The position numbers were made by a program, and so were the translations under genes. The notes under the pieces are model-generated. The model was not told the origin of the DNA. It saw only the letters and a list, made by a program, of their open reading frames with translations, and did no database searches. Positions 48,969-59,195 of a stretch of DNA of 64,000 nucleotides are shown here, one piece after another. Source of the stretch: an uncultured Actinomycetes bacterium (GTDB taxonomy: Bacteria > Actinomycetota > Thermoleophilia > UBA2241); the NCBI GenBank assembly GCA_963755025.1, contig CAVWIH010000020.1, forward strand, positions 64,001 through 128,000, given 5' to 3'. The first letter of the stretch is position 1; the number at the start of each line of letters is the position of its first letter.

Positions 48969-50585
48969 ATGGTCTCCGTAGCAGACAGTCAAGGCGCAGG
49001 CGACGGCCCCGACGGCCGCGTCGTCGGCTTCATCGACATCGGCACCAACTCGGTGCGGCTCATGGTCGTGCGCATCTCGTCGCGGCGCTCCTACCAGGTG
49101 ATCAACCTGCAGCGCGAGGTCGTGCGCCTGGGCGAAGAGGAGTTCGCCGACCACATGCTACGCCCGGCGGCCATAGAGCGCGGCGTGCTCGTGTGCCGCT
49201 CGTTTGCCGGCCTCGCCCGCAGCCACGGCGCCACCGAGGTCCTCGCCGTGGCTACCTCGGCGACTCGCGAGGCGCGCAACCAGGGCACGTTCGTGAACCG
49301 CCTGCACGACGAGGCCGGCATCGACGTGCGCGTCGTGTCGGGCCGCGAAGAGGCGCGCCTCATCTACCTGGGCATCCAGAGCCGCGTCGAGCTCGGGCAA
49401 CGCACCGTGTTCTGCTTAGACATCGGGGGCGGCAGCACCGAGGTCATCGTGGGCGACACGCGCCGCCATCTCTTTCTCGACAGCCTGCCGCTGGGCGCCG
49501 TGCGCCTGGCCGGCGACCCGGCCCTGCCCGACGTCTCGGGCCGTGTCTCGGGCGACGATTACCAGCGGCTGCAGCGCGCCGTGCGCCTGGCGTCGGTGCA
49601 CGCCGTGGCCGCCGTGCGCAAGTTCGACATAGACGGCGCCTACGGCACCTCGGGCACGGTGCGCAACGTGGCCGCGGTCGCCGCCCGCGTGCTGCACGAC
49701 CGCGAGCCGCAGCGCGACGAGACGGCGAGCCTCGCCGACGTGCGCAAGGTGGTCAAGCTGCTGCGCGGACTGTCGCTCGACGAGCGCCGCAAGGTGCCCG
49801 GCCTCAACCCCGACCGCGCCGACATCGTGATCGCCGGCGCCGTCGTGCTCGAGACCCTGATGAGCGACATCGGCCTGCCCTCAGTGACGGCTCTGAGCGA
49901 AACGGGCTTGCGCGACGGCCTGCTCATGGACTACCTGTCGCGCGGTCCCGACGCCGCCCTGGTGCACGAGCTCAGCGTGCGCGAGCGCAGCGTCTGGCGC
50001 CTGGTGCACGCCTGCGGCGCCGACGAAGACCACGCCCGCCACGTGGCGCGCCTGGCGCTCGAGCTCTTCGACAGCTCGCGCGAGGCCGGCTTTCACGCGC
50101 TCGGCGACGAGGAGCGCGAGCTGCTCGACTACACCTCGCTGCTGCACGATGTGGGCACGTTCGTGTCGTACCCCGACCACCACCACCATTCGGCGTACCT
50201 CATCGCCAACGCCGACATGCTGGGCTTCGACCAGCGTGAGATCGCCATCATGGCGGCCACCGCGTTGTTCCACCGCAAGTCGGCGCCCGGCGTGCGCTAC
50301 CCGGCCTTCGCCCAGCTCGACCAGCCGGCGCGCGCCACGGTGCGCAACCTGGCCAACCTGCTGCGGCTGGCCGAGCGCCTCGACCGCAGCCATAGCGCGG
50401 TCGTGCGCCACGCTCGTCTGGTGGCCGACGGCCGTCGCTCGCTCAAGCTGCTGCTCACCACCACCGGGCCGGCGCGCCTTGAGCTCTGGGGCCTCGAGAA
50501 CCGGCGCGTGTCGATGGAGAAGGCCATGGGGCGTCGCCTGAGCATCGAGGTCGAGTCGTCGTCGGGCAGCGACGACGACTCCTAG
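48969..50585 (+). CDS. ppx: Exopolyphosphatase Ppx/GppA with HD domain
   Basis: IDIGTNS, ATSATREARN, EEARLIY, DIGGGSTE, RADI, GLRDG and LLHDVG. Confidence 0.92.
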   Translation: MVSVADSQGAGDGPDGRVVGFIDIGTNSVRLMVVRISSRRSYQVINLQREVVRLGEEEFADHMLRPAAIERGVLVCRSFAGLARSHGATEVLAVATSATREARNQGTFVNRLHDEAGIDVRVVSGREEARLIYLGIQSRVELGQRTVFCLDIGGGSTEVIVGDTRRHLFLDSLPLGAVRLAGDPALPDVSGRVSGDDYQRLQRAVRLASVHAVAAVRKFDIDGAYGTSGTVRNVAAVAARVLHDREPQRDETASLADVRKVVKLLRGLSLDERRKVPGLNPDRADIVIAGAVVLETLMSDIGLPSVTALSETGLRDGLLMDYLSRGPDAALVHELSVRERSVWRLVHACGADEDHARHVARLALELFDSSREAGFHALGDEERELLDYTSLLHDVGTFVSYPDHHHHSAYLIANADMLGFDQREIAIMAATALFHRKSAPGVRYPAFAQLDQPARATVRNLANLLRLAERLDRSHSAVVRHARLVADGRRSLKLLLTTTGPARLELWGLENRRVSMEKAMGRRLSIEVESSSGSDDDS

Positions 50586-50612
50586 AGCTTGCCGGCCTGT
50601 TCGCGGCGCGAT

Positions 50613-52967
50613 CTAAAGCTCGCCGACCACCGTGCCCAGCCGGCGACCGAAGTCGGCGCCGCGGATCTTGGCCCACATCTCGGGGAAGGTGTCGACCAGG
50701 CGGTTGAGCTCGCCCTGGCGCGTGGCAAGGTACGTGGCCACTCCCGGGGCGATGATCATGGTCATGGCGCGGCGCATGTTGCCCACCGGCGGTTCCCAGC
50801 TGCCCCAGGTCAGGAAGTTGCGCAGGATGGTGCAGGTCACGACCGCGTCCTGCAGGTCGCCCAGGTGGTCCTGCATCTCCTTGGTGGTGCTCACCAGCGG
50901 CTTGGCCTGCGAGCCGAGGACCTCTTCGAAGAACTCGAAGGTGTAACGCAGGCTCTTGCCGGCGATGCGCAGCCGGTGAAAGCGCACGAGCGGCGTGTCG
51001 TGGCCGCCGATCACGTCGTCGTAGGCCCAGACCGCCGCGACGCGGTCGTAGAGCACGGCGGGCAGGACGTGCCCCACGCGGTGCGGGCGCGCCTCGCCGT
51101 CGTCTGAGACAAAGGCGAGGCTGACCGCCGCGGGGTCTTCGAGCAGGCCGGTGAGGCTCTCGACGAACCTTGGGTAGCGGTCGCCGTCGAGGTAGGCGAG
51201 CAGCGCGGCGCGCGCTTCGAGGCGGCGCTCCGCCCACACGGCGAGCAGCGGGTCGAGGTCGCCGTGGCGCTCGGCGGGCAGCGAGTCGAGGTAGCGCATG
51301 GTCTTCTCGTGAAAGACGTCGAGGTCGCGCACGGCGCCGAGCATGTGACCGGTGCGCTTGAGGCCGCGTTCGACCGGGCGCAGGGCGTGGGCGTCGAGGT
51401 AGGGCTCGAAGACGCGCAGCGCGGCCCTCATGCGGCGCGTGGCGACGCGCATGTCGTGCAGGTCTTCGATGTCGTCGTCGGCGCGCGTGCCGGCTTCGTG
51501 TTCGAGCATGCGGTCAAGGTGAAAGCGCAGCGTCTTGAAGGCGGCCTCGGCCATGGTGTCGGTCGCCCGTATGCCGGGGCGCGGGGCGCGAGCGCCGCGC
51601 GGCGCCGGCGTGGCGGCCGGCCTGGCTGGAGCTTCGACTGCGGGGGGCGCCTGCTCGGCCGGCGCGGCAGCCGCACCACCTTGCGCCTCGCCTGCCACGG
51701 ACTTGCTCGCTGGCGTGGGTACCGGCGGCGCGTGGAGCGCGGCGGCGGCTGCCGCGGCAGCCTTGTGCGCGCGCTTGGCCTGGCTGCGCAGCTTCTTGGC
51801 GGCGCGGCGCTCGGCGTCGGCGTCGGCTTCGGCGGCCGGCGCCACTTTGCCGATCGCCGCGGCGGGCGTTGCCGCGCCGGCACCCGGGGCGTGCACCGCG
51901 CCGGCAGCGGCGGCCTGCACTGCGACGGCAGCCGGGGCCGCGTCGGCCGGGCGCCGCGCCGTGACGAGGCGCGCGGGGAAGATGGCGAGGCCCTCGGTGC
52001 GAAAGCGGTTGAGCCAGTAGCGCACAGTGCGCGGCGCCATGCCGGCGCGCGCCGCGGCGTCGCGCTGCAGAGCGCCGTCGTGCAGCGCCAGCAGCACGAC
52101 GGCGCGCCGCCCGACGGCGTCGGTACGCCGCGCGATGCGCGTGAGCAAGTGCGCCTGGTCGTCTGAGAGCAGGCCCGCGGCCGATGCCTCGCTTGGCGCA
52201 TCGGTCTGCGGCCGGGGCTTCGCGGCGGGCTGCGGCCTGCGTGCCGCCGCAGCCTGCGCCTTGCCCTGCGACTCACCCATCGCGCCAGCCTGCGACTCGC
52301 CCTTCCCGCCAGCCGGCGTCTCGCCTTGCGCGGCGGCCATGGCGCGCTCGAACTTTGACAGCGGCTGCGGCGTGAGCGCGAAGTCGCGCTGCAGCGCGCC
52401 GGCGATGGCCGCGAGGTCGTCTTCGGTGCCGTCGCCCTTGAGCTCGGCTTCGACTTCGTGCTGGGCCGGCTGGGCGCCCTGGGCCACGACGATCGTGAGG
52501 GTGTCGAGCGAGAGCTCGGCGATGGTGCGCCCGTCGCGCGCGAGGTCGCGCGTCACGCGGTTCTGGCGCACCTCGGCGACGGGCGTCAGGGGGCGGTCGT
52601 GGCCCGCCGCGAGTACCTGCTCGCGGGCCTCGCTCGGGGGCCACGCGCTCGGCGGCGCGTCGGGCGCGAGATCGGCCGGCAGGTCGACCTCGTACTCGTC
52701 GCGGCGGTGGACGGCGCCCTGTTTGCCGTCGCCGTCGCCGGCCGGCGCGCCGCGGCGTTTGACGGTGATGAGCACGCGGTCGCCGCGGTCGCGGCGCCGG
52801 CAGACGAGGCCGGCGGCCTGCAGGTCGCGCCCGGCGGTGTCGAGGTAGACGTCGCTCATGTCGGCGACCGCGCCGCCCGCGACCTGGTAGCCGGCGAGCT
52901 CGCCGAGCTCGCCGAGACGCTCGAGGGTGGCCGCGTCGGGCGCGCTGAACTTGGCCTCTATCTCCAT
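50613..52967 (-). CDS. CYTH - HTH - CHAD multidomain protein
   Basis: N-terminal EIEAKF, DVYLDT, EVEAELK, SKFER (CYTH); central TVRYWLNRF HTH; C-terminal LHDMRVATRRMRA, VRDLDV, HRLRIAGKSLRY, LGDLQD (CHAD). Confidence 0.88.
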   Translation of the reverse strand: MEIEAKFSAPDAATLERLGELGELAGYQVAGGAVADMSDVYLDTAGRDLQAAGLVCRRRDRGDRVLITVKRRGAPAGDGDGKQGAVHRRDEYEVDLPADLAPDAPPSAWPPSEAREQVLAAGHDRPLTPVAEVRQNRVTRDLARDGRTIAELSLDTLTIVVAQGAQPAQHEVEAELKGDGTEDDLAAIAGALQRDFALTPQPLSKFERAMAAAQGETPAGGKGESQAGAMGESQGKAQAAAARRPQPAAKPRPQTDAPSEASAAGLLSDDQAHLLTRIARRTDAVGRRAVVLLALHDGALQRDAAARAGMAPRTVRYWLNRFRTEGLAIFPARLVTARRPADAAPAAVAVQAAAAGAVHAPGAGAATPAAAIGKVAPAAEADADAERRAAKKLRSQAKRAHKAAAAAAAALHAPPVPTPASKSVAGEAQGGAAAAPAEQAPPAVEAPARPAATPAPRGARAPRPGIRATDTMAEAAFKTLRFHLDRMLEHEAGTRADDDIEDLHDMRVATRRMRAALRVFEPYLDAHALRPVERGLKRTGHMLGAVRDLDVFHEKTMRYLDSLPAERHGDLDPLLAVWAERRLEARAALLAYLDGDRYPRFVESLTGLLEDPAAVSLAFVSDDGEARPHRVGHVLPAVLYDRVAAVWAYDDVIGGHDTPLVRFHRLRIAGKSLRYTFEFFEEVLGSQAKPLVSTTKEMQDHLGDLQDAVVTCTILRNFLTWGSWEPPVGNMRRAMTMIIAPGVATYLATRQGELNRLVDTFPEMWAKIRGADFGRRLGTVVGEL

Positions 52968-52977
52968 GATGGCGCGG

Positions 52978-53458
52978 TCACCTTTCGCTTAAGAAGACGC
53001 GCGGCGGCAGCAGCCAGACGAGCGTGCCGCGCATGGTCTGCTCGTCGAGGTCGACGCGGGCGACGCCCGCCTTCTTGACGGCCACGGTCGCGCCCGTGAG
53101 CTGCGCGATGGTGGCGCTGAAATCGGGCTCGTGGCCCACGAGCATGAGGGTGCGGGCGCCGGGGTGGTCGGCGACGACGGCCGCCAGGCGCCTGCGGTCG
53201 AAGTCGCGGGCGAGGCGCTCGTCGTCGGCGAGCCGGTCGGCGCAGCCCAGCGCCGCGGCGGCGATCTCGGCCGTCTGGCGCGCGCGCACGAGCGGGCTGC
53301 GTGAGCAGGGCGTCGACGGCGACGCCCGCGCGCGCCAGGACGTCGGCGACCAGCGCCACGACGCCGCGGCCGTCGTCGGTCAGCGGGCGCTCGGCGTCGG
53401 GGCCGTGCCAGTCGGCCCTGGAGCCCGCGGGTCCGTGGCGCAGGAAGATGATCTGCAT
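52978..53458 (-). CDS. sixA: Phosphohistidine phosphatase SixA (frameshift near 53300)
   Basis: FLRHG...ERPLT | SPLVRARQTA...LVGHEPD. Confidence 0.85.
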
Positions 53459-53467
53459 GTCGGTCCC

Positions 53468-55708
53468 TTAGCGCCCCGACGACGAGCGCCGTCGGGCGCG
53501 TTGCGAACCTTGCCGCTGGGGCGCGGGCGCGCGGTCGGCGGCGTGCGCGATGAACCAGGCCTGGCTGTCGATGGCCTCTTCGCCGTCGGCCGGATGGGCA
53601 TGCACGTAGCTGCCGTCGGACTGCATGTAGCGCGCCTTGACGTTGTCGCGCAGGTAGACCCCGAGGATGTCGTCGCGCAGGCGGCGCACGATGGCCGGGT
53701 CTTCGACGGGAAAGAGGATCTCGACCCGGCGGTTAAGGTTGCGCGACATGAGGTCGGCGCTGCCCACGAGCACCTGTTCGTCGCCGCCGTTGCGAAACCA
53801 GTAGATGCGGCTGTGCTCGAGAAAGCGGCCGACGATGCTGGTGACCTTGATGTTGTCGCTCACGCCGGGAACGCCGGGTCGCAGCGAGCACATGCCGCGC
53901 ACCAGCAGGTCGATCTTCACGCCGGCCTGCGAGGCCCGGTAGAGGATGGCGATCATCTTGCGGTCGATCAGCGAGTTCATCTTGAAGACGAGGTGGCCGC
54001 CGCGGCCGGCGTTCTGGTGCTCGATCTCGCGTTCGAGCAGGGCTTCGAAGCGCTCGCGCAGGTTGATGGGGCCGACCAGCAGCTTCTTGTAATCGCGCGA
54101 CCGCGAGAAGCCGGTGAGGAAGTTGAAGAGCTCGGTGGCGTCCTGGCCGATGGTCTCGTCGCAGGTGAACAGATCGAGGTCGGTGTAAAGGCGCGCCGTG
54201 ACCACGTTGTAGTTGCCGGTGCCGAGGTGCAGGTAACGCCTGATGCCGTCGCCCTCGCGTCGCACGACCATGCCGATCTTGGAGTGCGTCTTGAGGCCCA
54301 CGAGGCCGTAGACCACGTGCACGCCCTCGTCTTCGAGTGCGCGCGCCCACTCGATGTTGGACTCCTCGTCGAAGCGCGCCTTGAGCTCGACGAGCACGGC
54401 GACCTCTTTGCCGTTGCGGGCCGCCTCGAGCAGCGCCGCGACCGCCGGCGCGTTGCGGCCCACGCGGTAGAGCGTCATCTTGATGGCCAGCACGTCGGGG
54501 TCGTGCGCCGCGCTCTCGAGCCAGTCGATGACCGGTTCGAACGTGTCGAAGGGGCGGTGGATGAGGATGTCGTGCTTGCGGATAGAGGCGAAGATGCTGA
54601 GGTCGGGGTCGCCCAGGCCGCGCGGCACGGCCGGCACGAAGGGCGCGTCTTTGAGGTCGGGCCGGTCGAGGCCCAGCAGGTTGATGCCGCTCATGCCCAG
54701 GGGCGGGGCCACCGCCACCAGGCCGTCGGGCTCGATGTCGAGGTTGTCGACCAGGATCTGGCGTACCTCGGCGGGCGTCGATTGCTCGATCGTGAGGCGC
54801 ACCACCGAGCCGAAGCGGCGGCGCAGCACGCCCTGCTCTATGGTCTCGAGCAGGTCGTCGGCCTCGAGCTCCTGAATGGACATCTCGGCGTCGCGCGTGA
54901 CCCGGAAGGTGTAGACGCCGACGATCGCCATGCCGGGGAAGAGCTCGTCGAAGTCGGCCGCGATGAGCTGCTCGAGCCAGACGAAGTCGTAGCGGCGCGT
55001 CTTGGCCGCGGCCGGCAAGTCGGCGGGCGCTGGCACGGTCACCAGGCGGGGCAGCGACGACGGCACCTTGACGCGGGCGAAGAGCTGCTGGCCGTTCTCG
55101 TCGCGCAGCAGCACTGCCAGGTTGAGGCTCATGTTGGAGATGTGGGGGAAGGGCCGTCCGGGGTCGAAGGCGAGCGGCGTGAGCACCGGGAACGCGCTGC
55201 GGTCGAAGTAGGCGACGGCCGCGGCGCGCTGACCTTCGTCGAGCTCGGCGTAGTCGTGGATGACGATGCCGGCCGCGGCCAGCTGCGGCTTGATGACCGT
55301 GGCCCACGTGTCGCGCGCCTCGCGCATGAGCTCGTAGGCCTGCTCGCGGCAGGCGACGAGCTGCTCGGCGGGCGTCATGCCGTCGGTCGATAAGTCGGCG
55401 ACGCCGGCTTCGACCTGCTGGCGCAGGCCGGCCACGCGCACCATGAAGAACTCGCCGAGGTTCGAGCCCAGGATAGACAGGAACTTGACGCGCTCGAGCA
55501 GCGGGTTGCGCTCGTCCTGGGCTTCTTCGAGCACGCGCCGCTGGAAGGCCAGCATGCTGAGCTCGCGGTTGATGTAGAGCGACTGGTCGCCAAGGTCGAT
55601 GGCCGCTACCGCGCTTTCGGCCTGCTCGGCCGGCGAGGCGGCGGCGGAGGCGTCGGGCTTAGGGCCGTCGCCGCCGGAAGAAGAGGTCGAACGTGAACGG
55701 GTGGGCAT
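53468..55708 (-). CDS. ppk1: Polyphosphate kinase 1
   Basis: YINRELS, PLLERVKF, HRPFDTF (phospho-His region), ELKARFDEE, LKTHSK and GRFLEHSR. Confidence 0.96.
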   Translation of the reverse strand: MPTRSRSTSSSGGDGPKPDASAAASPAEQAESAVAAIDLGDQSLYINRELSMLAFQRRVLEEAQDERNPLLERVKFLSILGSNLGEFFMVRVAGLRQQVEAGVADLSTDGMTPAEQLVACREQAYELMREARDTWATVIKPQLAAAGIVIHDYAELDEGQRAAAVAYFDRSAFPVLTPLAFDPGRPFPHISNMSLNLAVLLRDENGQQLFARVKVPSSLPRLVTVPAPADLPAAAKTRRYDFVWLEQLIAADFDELFPGMAIVGVYTFRVTRDAEMSIQELEADDLLETIEQGVLRRRFGSVVRLTIEQSTPAEVRQILVDNLDIEPDGLVAVAPPLGMSGINLLGLDRPDLKDAPFVPAVPRGLGDPDLSIFASIRKHDILIHRPFDTFEPVIDWLESAAHDPDVLAIKMTLYRVGRNAPAVAALLEAARNGKEVAVLVELKARFDEESNIEWARALEDEGVHVVYGLVGLKTHSKIGMVVRREGDGIRRYLHLGTGNYNVVTARLYTDLDLFTCDETIGQDATELFNFLTGFSRSRDYKKLLVGPINLRERFEALLEREIEHQNAGRGGHLVFKMNSLIDRKMIAILYRASQAGVKIDLLVRGMCSLRPGVPGVSDNIKVTSIVGRFLEHSRIYWFRNGGDEQVLVGSADLMSRNLNRRVEILFPVEDPAIVRRLRDDILGVYLRDNVKARYMQSDGSYVHAHPADGEEAIDSQAWFIAHAADRAPAPQRQGSQRARRRSSSGR

Positions 55709-55865
55709 AGAGGGCTCTCCCCCGGAGGTTTTACCGACCATTTATAGTACCCCATCGGAACGTATCGACCGTACGGCCGCCGTATGTGAGGGCGCGCCGC
55801 GCGGCGCGCTCGGCGCGCGCCGACGAGGCGCCGCGCGGCTGGGGCGTTCCGGCGTTGCGACGCGG

Positions 55866-58502
55866 TCAGCGGCCCCGACCCCGGCCTGCCGGGCGCTGGG
55901 TGAGGGGCCGGCCCTCGGACGGGCCGAACAGGCGGTCGAGCACGCGCCAGTGCCAGACCGCGCGCACCGTGAAGCCCCACGACACGGCGATGACGATCAG
56001 CAGGATCTGCTGCAGCACGCCGATCGGCTGCATGGCGAACAGGTGGCGTCCGCCGGCGCTCGAGACGATCACCAGGTAGGCGACGAACAGCACCGCCGCC
56101 ATGATCGTGGGGCGGCGGTCGCCGCGCAGGCGGGCGCCGCCCACCCAGCGCATGCTGGGCGGCACGGCGAAGGGCAGCAGCAAGATGCCGCAGAGCACGG
56201 CCAGGGCGGTCGTCGCCGTCTGCGCCTTGGGCAGGGCGGCCTGCACCGCCTGCGCGGCGGTGGCGCCGTGGTGGGCGAGCAGGTAGCTGTGCTTGCCGGT
56301 CTTGAAGTAGAGCGTGTAGACGGCCAGCTCAAAGGCGGCCAGCAGGATGGTGGCCGGCACGGCGAAGCGCGCCAGCGGGCGGTAGATGCGCCCCTTGATC
56401 GTCTGGCCCGACTGCGCCCAGACGATGAGGCCGATCGTGGGCACGGTGGCGGTGAGGTACGACAGCAGGGCGGACTGGCGCGGCGAGAAGGCGAAGCCGC
56501 CGATCAGCGCCACGAACGGTATGACGAGCGCCCGCGAGAAGATGCGCACCGCGAAGATGTTGAGGATGTCCTGCATGCCGTTGCGAATGCGCTGACCCTC
56601 GCGGAACGCCGACGGCAGCACGCCGAACGAGTCGTTCATGAGCACGAGGTCGGCTACGCCGCGGGCGGCCGGGCTGCCGCTCTCCATGGCGATGCCCAGG
56701 TCGGCGCGCTTGAGGGCGATCACGTCGTTCACGCCGTCGCCGATCATGGCCACGTAGCGGCCGCGCCGGTGCAGAGCCTCGGTCAGGGCCTCCTTTTGTT
56801 GGGGAGAGACCCGGCCGAAGACCGTGCCGTCGGCGGCCGCCGCGGCGAACTCGCGGTCGTCGAAGCGGGCGAGCTCGGCGCCCGAATAGGCGGTCAGCTC
56901 GCCGCCCAGACCCGCCTGGGTGGCCAGCGCCGCCACGGTGCGCGGGTCGTCGCCCGAGATCACCTTCACCTCGATGCCGGCGGCGGCGAACTCGGCGAGG
57001 GTCTCGGCCACCCTGGGGCGCAGCTCGTCGGCGAGACTCAGCAGGCCGAGCGGCACGAGACCGGCGGGCAGCTCGGGCGGGCGTCCGGCGGGGGCGGCGG
57101 TCGCGGTGCTCGCACCGGCGCCGGCGACGGGTGCGGCCGCGTCCGGCGCAAAGCGCACCGTCGGGCGCGCGCCGGCCAGCAGCAGCACGCGCAGGCCGGC
57201 CGCCGACCACTCGGCCTGGCGCTCGCCGAGCTCCGCACCGGCCCGCAGGCGCGGAGCCAGCACCTCGGGCGCGCCCAGCACGAGCGTGGCCCAAGGCATG
57301 GCGTCGCCGGCAAAGGCGAGGCCGCTCCACTTGCGGGCCGACGAGAAGGCGGCCTCGTCGGCGACCGGCAGGGCGCGCGCCGGCAGGGCGGCGGCGAGCG
57401 CCTCGATGGTGCGGTTGGGCACGGCGGTGCTGGCCGCGTAGGCGGCCAGGAGGAGCTCGAGCTCGTCGCGCGTCACTTCGAGCGGTTCGAGGTCGCTCAG
57501 GCGGATGACGTTGGTGGTGAGCGTGCCGGTCTTGTCGGTGCACAGCACGTCGACGTTCGACAGCGACTCGACCGCGTTCGATTCCTGGATGAGCGCGCCC
57601 TTGCCGGCCATGCGCACGGCGCCCAGGGCGTAGGCCAGCACGATGGCGAGGATGAGGCTGTTGGGCACCAGGCCGACGATCACGGTCGCCGCCTGGATGG
57701 TCTCGACCCACGGCAGGTGCTGACTGAAGTGCTGAGTGACGACCAGCGCGCAAAAGGCGAGCGCGATGACGAGCAGGATCCACACCAGCACGTTGGCCTG
57801 ATGCTGCAGCGGCGTGAGAAAGCGGCGGTGCGACTGCGCCGTGGCGGTCACCTTGTTGGCGAAGCTCTGGGCGCCCACGGTCTCGGCCTCGTAGTAGCCG
57901 CCGCCGGCTACGCAGAAGCTGCCCGAGAGCACAGCGTCGCCGGCGCGCTTGACGACGAGGTCGGACTCGCCGGTGAGCAGCGACTCGTCGATCTCGAGGT
58001 AACCGCGACCGACCACGTGGCCATCGACCACGATCTGGTCGCCGGACTGGGCGCGGATGATGTCGCCCACGACGAGCTCGGCGGGATCGACCTCGCGCTC
58101 CACGCCGTCGCGCAGCACCACGGCGTGCGGTCTGGTCAGGATCGCGATGCGGTCGAGCGTGCGCTTGGCGCGCACCTCCTGGTAGAGGCTGATCACGGTG
58201 TTGGCGGCGACGACGCCCACCGACAGCAGCGCGTCGAGGTAGTGGCGGAACGCGATGAGCACCGCGGCCAGCACGAAGAGGATGTTGTTGATGAAGTTGA
58301 AGACGTTGTCGCGCACGATCTGGCGATACGTGCGCCCGGCGGTCGCCGGCACCTCGTTGCCGTCGCCGGCCGCGCGCCGCCGCGCGGCTTCGGCCTCGGT
58401 AAGGCCGGTCAGGCCGCCGAGTCCGGCGACCGGCTCGGCGGGCTGTCGCTCGTGGGTGGGGATGATCGGCTCCTTGGCGGGGCGACGAGAGACTCGCGTC
58501 AT
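55866..58502 (-). CDS. Cation-translocating P-type ATPase (CtpE-like)
   Basis: DESLLTGES, DKTGT, ISGDD, RVSPQQK and MIGDGVND; start uncertain. Confidence 0.92.
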   Translation of the reverse strand: MTRVSRRPAKEPIIPTHERQPAEPVAGLGGLTGLTEAEAARRRAAGDGNEVPATAGRTYRQIVRDNVFNFINNILFVLAAVLIAFRHYLDALLSVGVVAANTVISLYQEVRAKRTLDRIAILTRPHAVVLRDGVEREVDPAELVVGDIIRAQSGDQIVVDGHVVGRGYLEIDESLLTGESDLVVKRAGDAVLSGSFCVAGGGYYEAETVGAQSFANKVTATAQSHRRFLTPLQHQANVLVWILLVIALAFCALVVTQHFSQHLPWVETIQAATVIVGLVPNSLILAIVLAYALGAVRMAGKGALIQESNAVESLSNVDVLCTDKTGTLTTNVIRLSDLEPLEVTRDELELLLAAYAASTAVPNRTIEALAAALPARALPVADEAAFSSARKWSGLAFAGDAMPWATLVLGAPEVLAPRLRAGAELGERQAEWSAAGLRVLLLAGARPTVRFAPDAAAPVAGAGASTATAAPAGRPPELPAGLVPLGLLSLADELRPRVAETLAEFAAAGIEVKVISGDDPRTVAALATQAGLGGELTAYSGAELARFDDREFAAAAADGTVFGRVSPQQKEALTEALHRRGRYVAMIGDGVNDVIALKRADLGIAMESGSPAARGVADLVLMNDSFGVLPSAFREGQRIRNGMQDILNIFAVRIFSRALVIPFVALIGGFAFSPRQSALLSYLTATVPTIGLIVWAQSGQTIKGRIYRPLARFAVPATILLAAFELAVYTLYFKTGKHSYLLAHHGATAAQAVQAALPKAQTATTALAVLCGILLLPFAVPPSMRWVGGARLRGDRRPTIMAAVLFVAYLVIVSSAGGRHLFAMQPIGVLQQILLIVIAVSWGFTVRAVWHWRVLDRLFGPSEGRPLTQRPAGRGRGR

Positions 58503-58709
58503 CGTACCACCGGGCCCTGCGCGAGGCTGGGCGCCGTCTGCGAGAACCGCGACGGGGGCCGGTCCTGGCACAGGACCGGCCCCCGTCGCGGTTGGGCGGC
58601 CGGCGCCCAGCCGGCCGCGGCCCCTTTGTTCGTCTGCGGTCCGCGGCGCGGCCTCTCGGCTCGCCGCGGCCACTCGGTCCGCCGCAGCCTCTTAGGGCGG
58701 CGCCGGCTC

Positions 58710-58877
58710 TCAGCTCGCCGCGGAGAGCTCCTCAGGGTGGGCGAAGCGTTCGGGGTCGTCGTCGAACTCGACCTTGCAGCCGGTGCTGCAGAAATAGTAG
58801 GTCCTGCCTTCGTACTCGGACGTGCCCTTGGCGTCGTGCTCGTCGACCGTCATCAGGCAGACAGGGTCGGTGGCCAT
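58710..58877 (-). CDS. YHS domain protein (55 aa; absent from the ORF track)
   Basis: MATDPVCLMTVD...SEYEGRTYYFCSTGCKVEFDDDPERF; AAGGAGG RBS. Confidence 0.9.
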   Translation of the reverse strand: MATDPVCLMTVDEHDAKGTSEYEGRTYYFCSTGCKVEFDDDPERFAHPEELSAAS

Positions 58878-59042
58878 TGCGGGGGACCTCCTTTACGGCC
58901 GATTCGGCCGATGCTGGTTGTCGGGTCGGATCGTCACGTGAGCGCGGCGCCCCGGTCGTGCGACCGTCGCGCCGCGTATGTGGAGTGTGTTCCCGCTCGC
59001 GCGTCAGTGACTCACCCGGAGGGGCCGGCCTTGGGCCGCCGG

Positions 59043-59086
59043 CACGACGAGGGGGCGGGCCCTGCGGGCCCGCCCCCTCGTCGTGC
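59043..59086. terminator. Terminator-like hairpin downstream of recR
   Basis: CACGACGAGGGGGCGGGCCC-TGC-GGGCCCGCCCCCTCGTCGTG. Confidence 0.65.
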
Positions 59087-59195
59087 TCTGCGTCTGGCTG
59101 GTAGCTTTGTCAGTCTAGCGCGCCCGCGCGGCGCCGCTGCGTGCGCCGTGGGCCCGCGAGCCGCTCAGGCGGCCCGCGCCGTCGGCGCAGAGAGC

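Noticed and set aside
51990-52110. IS element inside the CHAD gene
   Set aside because: Only an in-frame HTH; no DDE domain, inverted repeats or target duplication.
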